DNA of 64,000 nucleotides from Poseidonia sp. (GTDB taxonomy: Archaea; Thermoplasmatota; Poseidoniia; Poseidoniales; Poseidoniaceae): NCBI GenBank assembly GCA_965661285.1, contig CBFIDD010000002.1, positions 288,001-352,000 on the forward strand. Direction: 5' to 3'. Made by a program: the position numbers and the translations under genes. The number at the start of each line of letters is the position of its first letter. The first letter of the stretch is position 1. Of this stretch, positions 40,175-47,613 are shown piece after piece. The notes under the pieces were generated by a model. It searched no databases and was not told the origin of the DNA. It was given only the letters and a program-made list of their open reading frames with translations.

Positions 40175-40274
40175 TTCAATCCACAATTCGTCGAATCATA
40201 GGGTCAAAGCACAAACTCACTGATTCGTTTTGACCCAATCAGAGGGCTTGCAGTGGGTCGAATCACTCGCTACC
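40171..40274 (+). repeat. Right copy of the 104-bp imperfect inverted repeat
   Basis: Begins at the SDR stop codon (cTGAttcaat); matches the reverse complement of 37019-37122. Confidence 0.92.
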
Positions 40275-40302
40275 CTGAGATTTGGCAACCCATCAGAGGG
40301 GC

Positions 40303-40320
40303 CCCTCTGAGTCGTCGCCG
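40303..40320. repeat. Perfect 18-bp palindrome TCAGAGGGGCCCCTCTGA
   Basis: Read directly; it lies 2 nt from the stop of the convergent cytochrome b subunit IV fusion gene. Confidence 0.85.
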
Positions 40321-40322
40321 TC

Positions 40323-43133
40323 TCAAGCTTCTGCGGTCTCGCCAACGGTCGTTTCGGCACCGAGTTGGGCCTTCTGCTCGTTGACTTGGCGAGCGAGGAA
40401 GGACACGACGTCGAGGATCTCGATGTCAGCATAGGCTTCGTCGCCCTCGAACTTGAGGCACTCAAAGTGAGAAACACACTTTGGGCAGGAGGTCAACATG
40501 GTCTCAGCACCGGTTGCACGGACTTCTTCCATGCGTGTGACACGCAGGGAGCGGGCGTTCTCGTTGCAGGACATCATGCTCGAAACACCGCAGCACATGG
40601 CGTCTTCACCGCTGTGCTCCATCTCAACAATCTCAACACCATCAACAGCGTTGATGAGGTCGCGAGGCTCGTCGTAAATGCCCATCTGTCGACCGAGGCG
40701 GCACGGGTCGTGGTAGGTGACGGTGGTGTCTTCGGTCTTGAGGTTCATGTCAAAGCCTTGCTCGGTCAGGTATTCCGTGGTGTGCATGACCTTCACGTTT
40801 TCAAGTTCGTAATCACGGGCAAAGGTTCGGAAACACTCAGCACAGGACGAGACCAAGGTGTCAATGCCAGATTCGTTGATCTTGCGCTGGTTGTACGCCT
40901 TGAGCTTCTCAAAGACTTCATCCAGACCTTGCCACTTTTGGTCGTGGCCGCAGCACTTCAGGAAGTCACGGCCGAGGTAGGCCACGTCGGTGCCCATCTC
41001 CTCAAACAGGGTGAAGGCAGCCGTGGTTGTATCACCAAGGTTCATCGTGCCTTCGTTGACGTGGGAGAAGACCATCTCCTGGTCAAGGTAGTCAACGCAT
41101 CCAGGGTAGTATCCGACGTTGGAGGTGATGGGGTAGTCTTCGGTGGCGATGAAATCGTCATCGGCCGCTTCCTCAGCCTCAGCGTTGAGCACCGCTTGAA
41201 GGACGGTGTGCGGAATTTCTGCCTGCGGGCCGCCAACGATAAGCGAACGACGGATGTCAACGTAGGAGTCATAGTTGACGAGTTGAGGACAGGCGTTGGT
41301 GCATGCGGTACAGGTCAAACAGGAATACAGCGGGACGCCGTCGTCTTCGTTGTTCCACGAATTGTAAATGATGTTCAGTTTGTCGCCACCGTTGAACAAG
41401 CGGACCGGACAGGCGTCGTCGCACAGGTCGCAGCCGTAGCACTTGTTCATCTCGAACTCGTAGCCACGAGCCATGTAGCGCAACAGCACGAAGACCAGCG
41501 CACCGAAGGTGATGCATGGAATGAACATGGCGTAGGTCAATTTTGCGTCAAGGGACTTGGGGTTTTGGTGGTAAGTAGGGTTCTCGATGTACGAGAACGC
41601 CGAACCGCCCAGGGCCATCTCTTCGCTGTTGGTAAGGTTGACCGTGTGGCCGGCCAATGCTGCAGGAGCGCTCTCATCCCACACGAGCAAGGGCTGGTAG
41701 GTTGCGATCCTCATCGAGGTTTGCGTCGTGATGCTGTTGTTGAGCGCCAGCGCCCCGCTGACCACGACATCGTAGGTGTAGTCGTAGGTGCCAACGGACA
41801 TTTCGACGGTTGCACCCTCGCAGTTGGCGAAGGAAACCACTTCGCTACCCGTGGCGTCGGTGACGGTCAGCATGGTAGCGACCATGGTTTGGGTTGACAC
41901 ATCGTTGATTTTCCGTTCGCTGGAGCGGAACTCACACGCAAGGTCGGTGGTCAAGGTGGTGACCTCTTCGGGGTGTCCCTCGGGGAAGAGCGTGGTGTCT
42001 TCAGTGATGGTAAACGAACCGCTCACGCTGAAGCCATCCCCACCGTTGAACGTGGTTCCAGCCGCCGCTGCGTTGATGCCGTTTTCGGCGTCTTGATGCC
42101 CGTTCGCATCGTTGAAATCCGTGATGATGTAGCGGGCTGGCTGGTAGATGTTCCAGTTCAACCATGCCGTGGTTGGAACCACGCCTGAGTCGGACCACCC
42201 GCGGTCGTCGGTGAATTCATTCACGTCGTGAACATGAACATCGGAAGGCTGCGTTCGCATGGCCTCCAATTCGCCATAGTCCTTGATGGTCAGCAAACCT
42301 TTCGCATCCCAAAACCCTTTGTCGTAGGTGTCGAAGGTGGCCACGGTAGCGGCGGACGAGAGGATAAGCGCGCCGACGATGAGTTGGCGACTCTTGGCGA
42401 CCGTGAACCCTGCACCCCAGGCGCGGATGAGCAATCCTCTGCCGATGAAATAAATACATATCCACATCAGGACGCCTGTCATCACCCACGGTATCGCATT
42501 GAAGACTTCGGCTATCCACGGCTCCCGAGTTCCACAGAGGAGGTCGCCGTGGGAATCGAGTTTACAGAAATCGGACCGATTTTTCCCGTACAATTCCAGG
42601 AAGATGTTGATGGAAAACACCGAGATGAACCAGATGTGCGCAAGATAGACGGCACCGGCAGCTGCGAACCAAGGGTCCTCAACGGGTCGCTTCTCACGGC
42701 CACCAAGGAAAGGTGGCAAAGCGAGAATGCCCACGGGGATGCCGGTCAGCGCAGCGCCCCACCATGCAGCGTTCCAAGGGAACATGGGCTGGCCGACGAT
42801 ATCGCCGACGAAACCGGTGGGGACCACAAACTGGGGCAAGTATTCGCCCCAGCGGAGATACCCGTAGGAGAACAACACGTACCAGTCGGGGAACACGAAA
42901 CCGGCCTGTGCATACGGGTCGGCTGCGCCGTGCAGTGGTGGAGGAATCAGCCAGGCATAGAAGAGGAGGATGGAGAGCATCGAGGCGAAAATGATGCTAT
43001 CACGCAGCACTTCGTGCGGCCAGAAACCGTGGCCGGTTCGGGTTCGCTTACGCTTTTCCTCTGCTTTTTGCAGTTGCTCTTTCTCCTCCATATACATGGA
43101 GGCGACGCGTCCAAAATTGTCAATCAGTCCCAT
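40323..43133 (-). CDS. Cytochrome b6f subunit IV-like domain fused to an HdrD/GlpC-like 2x[4Fe-4S] + 2xCCG oxidoreductase module
   Basis: N-terminal FWPHE...ADP...FPDWY (PEWY variant) and TM helices; C-terminal CYGCDLCDDACP, CLTCTACTNACP, YYPGC, CCG, SCAEC, YHDPCRLGR, CCG and SCPKC. Confidence 0.88.
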   Translation of the reverse strand: MGLIDNFGRVASMYMEEKEQLQKAEEKRKRTRTGHGFWPHEVLRDSIIFASMLSILLFYAWLIPPPLHGAADPYAQAGFVFPDWYVLFSYGYLRWGEYLPQFVVPTGFVGDIVGQPMFPWNAAWWGAALTGIPVGILALPPFLGGREKRPVEDPWFAAAGAVYLAHIWFISVFSINIFLELYGKNRSDFCKLDSHGDLLCGTREPWIAEVFNAIPWVMTGVLMWICIYFIGRGLLIRAWGAGFTVAKSRQLIVGALILSSAATVATFDTYDKGFWDAKGLLTIKDYGELEAMRTQPSDVHVHDVNEFTDDRGWSDSGVVPTTAWLNWNIYQPARYIITDFNDANGHQDAENGINAAAAGTTFNGGDGFSVSGSFTITEDTTLFPEGHPEEVTTLTTDLACEFRSSERKINDVSTQTMVATMLTVTDATGSEVVSFANCEGATVEMSVGTYDYTYDVVVSGALALNNSITTQTSMRIATYQPLLVWDESAPAALAGHTVNLTNSEEMALGGSAFSYIENPTYHQNPKSLDAKLTYAMFIPCITFGALVFVLLRYMARGYEFEMNKCYGCDLCDDACPVRLFNGGDKLNIIYNSWNNEDDGVPLYSCLTCTACTNACPQLVNYDSYVDIRRSLIVGGPQAEIPHTVLQAVLNAEAEEAADDDFIATEDYPITSNVGYYPGCVDYLDQEMVFSHVNEGTMNLGDTTTAAFTLFEEMGTDVAYLGRDFLKCCGHDQKWQGLDEVFEKLKAYNQRKINESGIDTLVSSCAECFRTFARDYELENVKVMHTTEYLTEQGFDMNLKTEDTTVTYHDPCRLGRQMGIYDEPRDLINAVDGVEIVEMEHSGEDAMCCGVSSMMSCNENARSLRVTRMEEVRATGAETMLTSCPKCVSHFECLKFEGDEAYADIEILDVVSFLARQVNEQKAQLGAETTVGETAEA

Positions 43134-43148
43134 TTTTTCCCCTCTGTA

Positions 43149-44015
43149 TCAATGCGGCTCCGCAATGCCTTGTACCCAAACGATGAACAGATGTATGATG
43201 ATGAGCGTGGTGACGATCACCGGCAGAATGAACACGTGAATGAAATACATTCGAGTGACCGTCAGCGGTGTGAGTTCAGAGCCCGAGAAGAGCAGGGTGG
43301 CGATGTACTTCCCAACCAGCGGGCTGGAGTTGGCGAGGTTGATCCCGATGATGGCCGCACCGTAAGCAAGGCTGTCCCACGGCAAGAGATAGCCGGAGTA
43401 GCCGAAGACGATGGTCAAGGCCATGAGGGCCACACCGATGAGCCAGTTCAGTTCACGTGGGTTTCGGTAGGCACCGGTGAAGTAGACACGGCACATGTGC
43501 AAGAACACGCTGGCGACCATGAAGTGGGTCGTCCAGTGGTGGACGGCACGCAGAATGTAGCCAAAGGGCAGTTGCGTCATGATGTACTGCATGCTTGCAT
43601 AAGCGGGTGATGGGTCGCCTTCGCCTCCGGGGACGTAGTAAATTCCGAGGACGGTTCCCGTGATCACGAGGATGATGAAGGAGAGGAAGGAGATACCGCC
43701 GAGACAGTACAGCGGGTACCAGTACCAGATGATGCGGAGTTTGTATTTCTCAGCGTGTGTCAACGGCATTTGTCGGTGCATGTTGTAGTAGGCACCTTTG
43801 GACATGTTCCAGTAGTCTTGGAGACGGAAGCGGGTGTCAAGCCAGGAGAAGACCCACAGGAACGACCGTTCCGCCACGCCCATCTTGCCGGACGACTCGA
43901 CCGCTCGCAGGATGTCTCTGCGAGGCATTTCCTCGTTTTCCTTGCGCAGCGTGAAGGCCACCAAGAGCACGAGGAAGGCGATGAAGAACCACAGAATCCA
44001 GAACATTGTCGTCAT
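43149..44015 (-). CDS. petB: Cytochrome b6 (split cytochrome b, N-terminal part)
   Basis: YCLGGI (Cys at the heme ci position), H-x13-H, PRELNW, GYLLPWD and H-x14-H. Confidence 0.92.
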   Translation of the reverse strand: MTTMFWILWFFIAFLVLLVAFTLRKENEEMPRRDILRAVESSGKMGVAERSFLWVFSWLDTRFRLQDYWNMSKGAYYNMHRQMPLTHAEKYKLRIIWYWYPLYCLGGISFLSFIILVITGTVLGIYYVPGGEGDPSPAYASMQYIMTQLPFGYILRAVHHWTTHFMVASVFLHMCRVYFTGAYRNPRELNWLIGVALMALTIVFGYSGYLLPWDSLAYGAAIIGINLANSSPLVGKYIATLLFSGSELTPLTVTRMYFIHVFILPVIVTTLIIIHLFIVWVQGIAEPH

Positions 44016-44024
44016 GTCAACACC

Positions 44025-44870
44025 TCAATCACAATACGTGTACCAGTCCACGTAGTCAGGCAGGCCTTCGATGACGCCGCCGTTGAGCTGAATCGGAATG
44101 ATGGGAAGACCCACAGGGGCAGGACCGCCCGCTCGGCGAATACCAGCATAGTTGAAGGTGGCACCGTTCGAACGGTTACGATTGGTGTTCATCTCCAAGG
44201 CCGTTGGGTCAAAGCGAGAGGAGTGGCAGATGCAGAACATCTTGGTGCCACCGTCGTCGCCGCCACCGGGCGTCCACGAGTCTTCGGTGAAGGAATTCGA
44301 GACGAGTTGCCATCCGGGGATACAACACAGGTGTGTGCAGCGACCGAAGGCCATCACGAGGTCGTCTGAAGGCATTAAACGAGGGTCGGCTTCAGCGAGG
44401 TCTTCGAAGTGACCGACGTATTTGCCAGTCTCGTCGTAGCCTTCCATGAACTGGAACCGAGCCTTACCGTTGGATTCGGGCGTGCCGGCATACTTGGAGT
44501 GAGCGACATAGTTCACAACGACGGGCACGCCGTTCCATACGCCCGCTGCACCGGCCGTGCCGGTCGAGGAGGAGGCAGCCTCGGCTTCAAAGTCCGCTTT
44601 GGTCATGGGCTGCAGGTGTTTGGCGCCGTACCATGCTTCATCTTCGCGGCCCTTGGCCCAAAATTGGACGGCCAAGTCGCCACCGCTGCCTCCGCCAGGT
44701 GGCAGAAGAATAGCAGCAAATCCGAGCATGCCAAGCGAAGCGGTGAGCACGCCCGCTGCGGTGTTGAAACCGTAGCGAAGGAACTGGCGTCGATTGATGG
44801 TGGTGGTGGAACCGCCCAGAGCATCGTCGCCGCTGGAAGGTGCAGGTTTGAGTTCGTATTCACGTGCCAT
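44025..44870 (-). CDS. petC: Rieske [2Fe-2S] protein of a cytochrome bc/b6f complex
   Basis: Tat motif NRRQFL; CTHLCC and CICHSSRFD; GGPAPVGLP. Confidence 0.92.
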   Translation of the reverse strand: MAREYELKPAPSSGDDALGGSTTTINRRQFLRYGFNTAAGVLTASLGMLGFAAILLPPGGGSGGDLAVQFWAKGREDEAWYGAKHLQPMTKADFEAEAASSSTGTAGAAGVWNGVPVVVNYVAHSKYAGTPESNGKARFQFMEGYDETGKYVGHFEDLAEADPRLMPSDDLVMAFGRCTHLCCIPGWQLVSNSFTEDSWTPGGGDDGGTKMFCICHSSRFDPTALEMNTNRNRSNGATFNYAGIRRAGGPAPVGLPIIPIQLNGGVIEGLPDYVDWYTYCD

Positions 44871-44876
44871 GCTGCA

Positions 44877-45323
44877 TCACCACTTGTACTCCCGCCAGTC
44901 TTTCTGGTGTTCTGGAATGAATTTGTTTTGAGCGTGCTTGACGATGATGGTGTCGGGAAGGATGAACTTCAGGTAGATGATGCCGATCATGATGAGCGTG
45001 GTCATGGTCATGGCGAGGTGGAAGGAGAGTTGTTGTTGGTCCCATCCCTTTGCAAGCCCGTAAATCATGGAGAAACTCCAGTAGCAGATCCAAAACAGGC
45101 CCCAGCCGAGGAAGAACATCGTGAGGTAGGATGCGCCGGAAGGTGCAAGCGAAGCGCTCACAATGGTGCCCGGCTCAGCGATGTTGAACACACCGTGGTC
45201 GATGGCACTCGCCATCTCGTCTTCGGTCAATTCTGTACCCTCGAGCGCCTTGCGGGCGTCGTCAACGTTGATGCTGCCGTCAGCAACACCTCGAAGCAGG
45301 GTCGTGATTGTATCGTCCATCAT
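44877..45323 (-). CDS. Hypothetical two-TM membrane protein in the Rieske/cytochrome b operon
   Basis: Translationally coupled within the operon; two hydrophobic helices. Confidence 0.72.
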   Translation of the reverse strand: MMDDTITTLLRGVADGSINVDDARKALEGTELTEDEMASAIDHGVFNIAEPGTIVSASLAPSGASYLTMFFLGWGLFWICYWSFSMIYGLAKGWDQQQLSFHLAMTMTTLIMIGIIYLKFILPDTIIVKHAQNKFIPEHQKDWREYKW

Positions 45324-46165
45324 TGATCACCTCGGCGCATGAGTTTGTATCGCAAGCGAAGCTGGTTGCTTCGTCCCTTGTACGATGTTGAAAAGCCGTA
45401 GCGAAGCAAAAGACCGGCGAAGATGACCACGCCAATGACCGCACCGAAGCCGAGAAGCCCCAGCCAGTGCGCACGGAGTTTCGCACCCATGTGATGCAGG
45501 TCAACGCCGTGGTGAGCAGGTTCGGGCGGGCTAACGTTTCCGTCGCCCGCAAACAAGGTACGAGTGCCCATGGCGGCAGAGGCTTCATCACCTTCGTTGA
45601 GCGCAAAGTTGAGTTGATTCCACCGGTCTTCGACACCGGGGATTTGGTCGCCGTTCACGGAGTTTCCAACGATCCAGAAGTTCACGGCGCCCGCACCGGA
45701 GTCAGCGGGTGCGGTCCAGTCAAAGACCCACGAGCGATCCTCGGTGGCAGCCGATGCCTCGGTGTGCGTCAGGGTTTGTTCGTCAAGCGTTCCGTCAATT
45801 TCCCAGTTTTGGGCAACGTCGCTGGCGAGGCTGCCGAGGGAGACACGCATGGAGAATCCTGCAGTGTAGGTGCCGGTGGCTGGAGGTCCGCCGATGAGTT
45901 GGAGATGGAGGGTGTAGGTTTCGCCGGGGACGTAGGCGAAGGGGACGTCGACGAGGATGACCTGGACCGCATTGTCGGCGACTTCGTTGTGGCAAAGACA
46001 ACCCGATTTTGCCACGTCGTCGATGTCGACCTGCCCCGTTGAGCCCTGGTGGGACTGAGGGCCACCGATGCCTCCGTGATAGGAGGAAGCGAGGGCGGGG
46101 AGGAGAAGCAAAACCCCAACGAGCGTAAGCAGCACGGTGCGGGACGTGAGAGAAGTTTTGTGCAT
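45320..46165 (-). CDS. Secreted Reeler/choice-of-anchor-V-like protein with CxCH motif and C-terminal TM anchor
   Basis: Signal peptide, SGCLCH, YVPGETY, LTH, FDWTAP, FWIVGNSVNGD, then a TM helix. Confidence 0.65.
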   Translation of the reverse strand: MHKTSLTSRTVLLTLVGVLLLLPALASSYHGGIGGPQSHQGSTGQVDIDDVAKSGCLCHNEVADNAVQVILVDVPFAYVPGETYTLHLQLIGGPPATGTYTAGFSMRVSLGSLASDVAQNWEIDGTLDEQTLTHTEASAATEDRSWVFDWTAPADSGAGAVNFWIVGNSVNGDQIPGVEDRWNQLNFALNEGDEASAAMGTRTLFAGDGNVSPPEPAHHGVDLHHMGAKLRAHWLGLLGFGAVIGVVIFAGLLLRYGFSTSYKGRSNQLRLRYKLMRRGDQ

Positions 46166-46187
46166 GGCCTCACCCTTACGACCTAAC

Positions 46188-46209
46188 CGACCTGTAAGGA
46201 CTCCTTAAA
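46188..46209 (-). promoter_or_regulatory. Putative promoter of the Rieske/cytochrome b operon with an overlapping palindrome
   Basis: Minus-strand TTTAAG box; palindrome TAAGGA-C-TCCTTA (46195-46207); SD-like GGGTGAGG before ATG 46165. Confidence 0.5.
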
Positions 46210-46354
46210 CATTGCCAGCAAAACATCACATTGAGTGCGGCGCAGTGTTGCGTTTTTTGAGATATTTTGGAGCCCCTATCTATCACCCTAAAAACCCACC
46301 GAATTTCGTGCAGAAGGGTTCATGATATCGCGCCGTCACGCCCATTTGAGCACC

Positions 46355-46654
46355 ATGGGGAAGTACACCTTCGAAAACACCTACGACCTCTCCGAACAAC
46401 AACTCCAAGAGCTGGACGAAGCAGAGGATTTGATGCTCAAAGGGGCGCTTGGGGCCGCTGAAAAAATGCTCCTCAGCATGCTCAAAGCCGACGAAGAATG
46501 CATACCTGTCCTCTCCAATCTGGGTCACCTGTATGGACGACACCTCTCCGAATTCAAAACCGCTGTGGAGTACTACGACCGAGTTCTCGCCATCGAACCG
46601 GACAACGCATGGGCGAGGGACGCAAGGCGACGGTACCTCCGCTACGTGGATTGA
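46355..46654 (+). CDS. Tetratricopeptide repeat protein
   Basis: LSNLGHLY...AVEYYDRVLAIEPDNAWA. Confidence 0.85.
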   Translation: MGKYTFENTYDLSEQQLQELDEAEDLMLKGALGAAEKMLLSMLKADEECIPVLSNLGHLYGRHLSEFKTAVEYYDRVLAIEPDNAWARDARRRYLRYVD

Positions 46655-46677
46655 CGGCGACACCAAAGTTCATTGAG

Positions 46678-47613
46678 ATGCCACGCACCGTGGCCCTCAT
46701 GGACCCCTCCACCATTCTGGTCGCTGGAGTGGGGGGCATCGGTTGTTCATGGGCGCAACAAGCCCACGCAAAATGCCACGGTGGAGCCCACCTGGTGCTC
46801 ATCGATGCCGACGATGCCAGTTTCAAAACCGGCGAGGACATTCATGTGCTACGCCTGGGCCACGCCCTTGACAGCGTGGGATGTGCTGCCCTCCCGCCCT
46901 TGGCAGAACAGCGTATGCGAGGGTTGAGCACCCTCACGAGCCAACTGCTGCAAAACACGGAACTCGTCATTCTTCTCACCGGCCTCGGTGGCGGCGTTGG
47001 GACCGGTGCCGCTCACGAATTCGCTCGCCAAGCCCGACAATCCGGTGCGGTGGTTTTGGCGGTGGCAGGCCTACCGTTTGAGCACCAGCCCACGAGGATG
47101 GAAATCGCTTCCGAGGGATTGGAACGCCTCGAAAACATGGCGCACGTAACCGTCCGCTTGTCCCTTGACAGGCTGGCTCGGCAAGCCCGAGAGAAAGGAC
47201 AGTTGTGGCAGATGGGGGCAGAGTGGATAGAGGACTTGGTTGAGGGTCTTGTGAGCACGTTGATGCGAATGGGGCTGATCAACCTCGACCTGATGGATCT
47301 GCGAGCCATTGTGAACCAGGTTGGCGAAGCGACAATGTTGGTTGGCGTGGGCCGACCTGATGACCCGAAAGGTATCCTCAAAGCAGCTCTCGGAGCGCCG
47401 TTGGCGGCCATGGACGTTGCCGGAGCCAAAGGGTGTCTGATTCAAGTGGAAGGGGGTCTGGGTATGACCATTGGTCAGGTGAGCGCCGTTGCCGACCTGT
47501 TCACCAGTGCGCTCGACGACGATGCGACCGTCATTTTCGGCGCTCGGGTGAGCGAACATCTGCACGACACCATCCGGGTGGTCACCTTGCTCTCCGGCAT
47601 TCGCCCGACTTAG
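46678..47613 (+). CDS. ftsZ: Divergent FtsZ/tubulin-family GTPase
   Basis: VAGVGGIG, GLGGGVGTGAA, LPF, GLINLDLMD, VIFGA and IRVVTLLSG. Start is 46678 or 46699. Confidence 0.8.
   Translation: MPRTVALMDPSTILVAGVGGIGCSWAQQAHAKCHGGAHLVLIDADDASFKTGEDIHVLRLGHALDSVGCAALPPLAEQRMRGLSTLTSQLLQNTELVILLTGLGGGVGTGAAHEFARQARQSGAVVLAVAGLPFEHQPTRMEIASEGLERLENMAHVTVRLSLDRLARQAREKGQLWQMGAEWIEDLVEGLVSTLMRMGLINLDLMDLRAIVNQVGEATMLVGVGRPDDPKGILKAALGAPLAAMDVAGAKGCLIQVEGGLGMTIGQVSAVADLFTSALDDDATVIFGARVSEHLHDTIRVVTLLSGIRPT

Larger units (their letters stand above)
37019..40274. mobile_element. Putative horizontally acquired island or non-autonomous element (restriction endonuclease, TetR, SDR)
   Basis: Visibly AT-richer than its flanks, bounded by long inverted repeats, carries defence cargo, and sits between two convergent housekeeping operons. 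No transposase/integrase and no obvious target-site duplication. Confidence 0.6.

Noticed and set aside
37019-40274. Canonical IS/composite transposon or classical integron
   Set aside because: No transposase or intI gene, no target-site duplication seen, genes are not all co-oriented, and the repeats lack clear RYYYAAC/GTTRRRY ends.
40323-41460. Evidence for methanogenesis from the Hdr-like domain
   Set aside because: CCG-domain proteins are widespread outside methanogens, and no mcr, mtr or other methanogenesis genes are in the window.
46166-46210. DtxR box upstream of the Rieske operon
   Set aside because: Only a partial GGTTAGG resemblance; no full 19-bp dyad.
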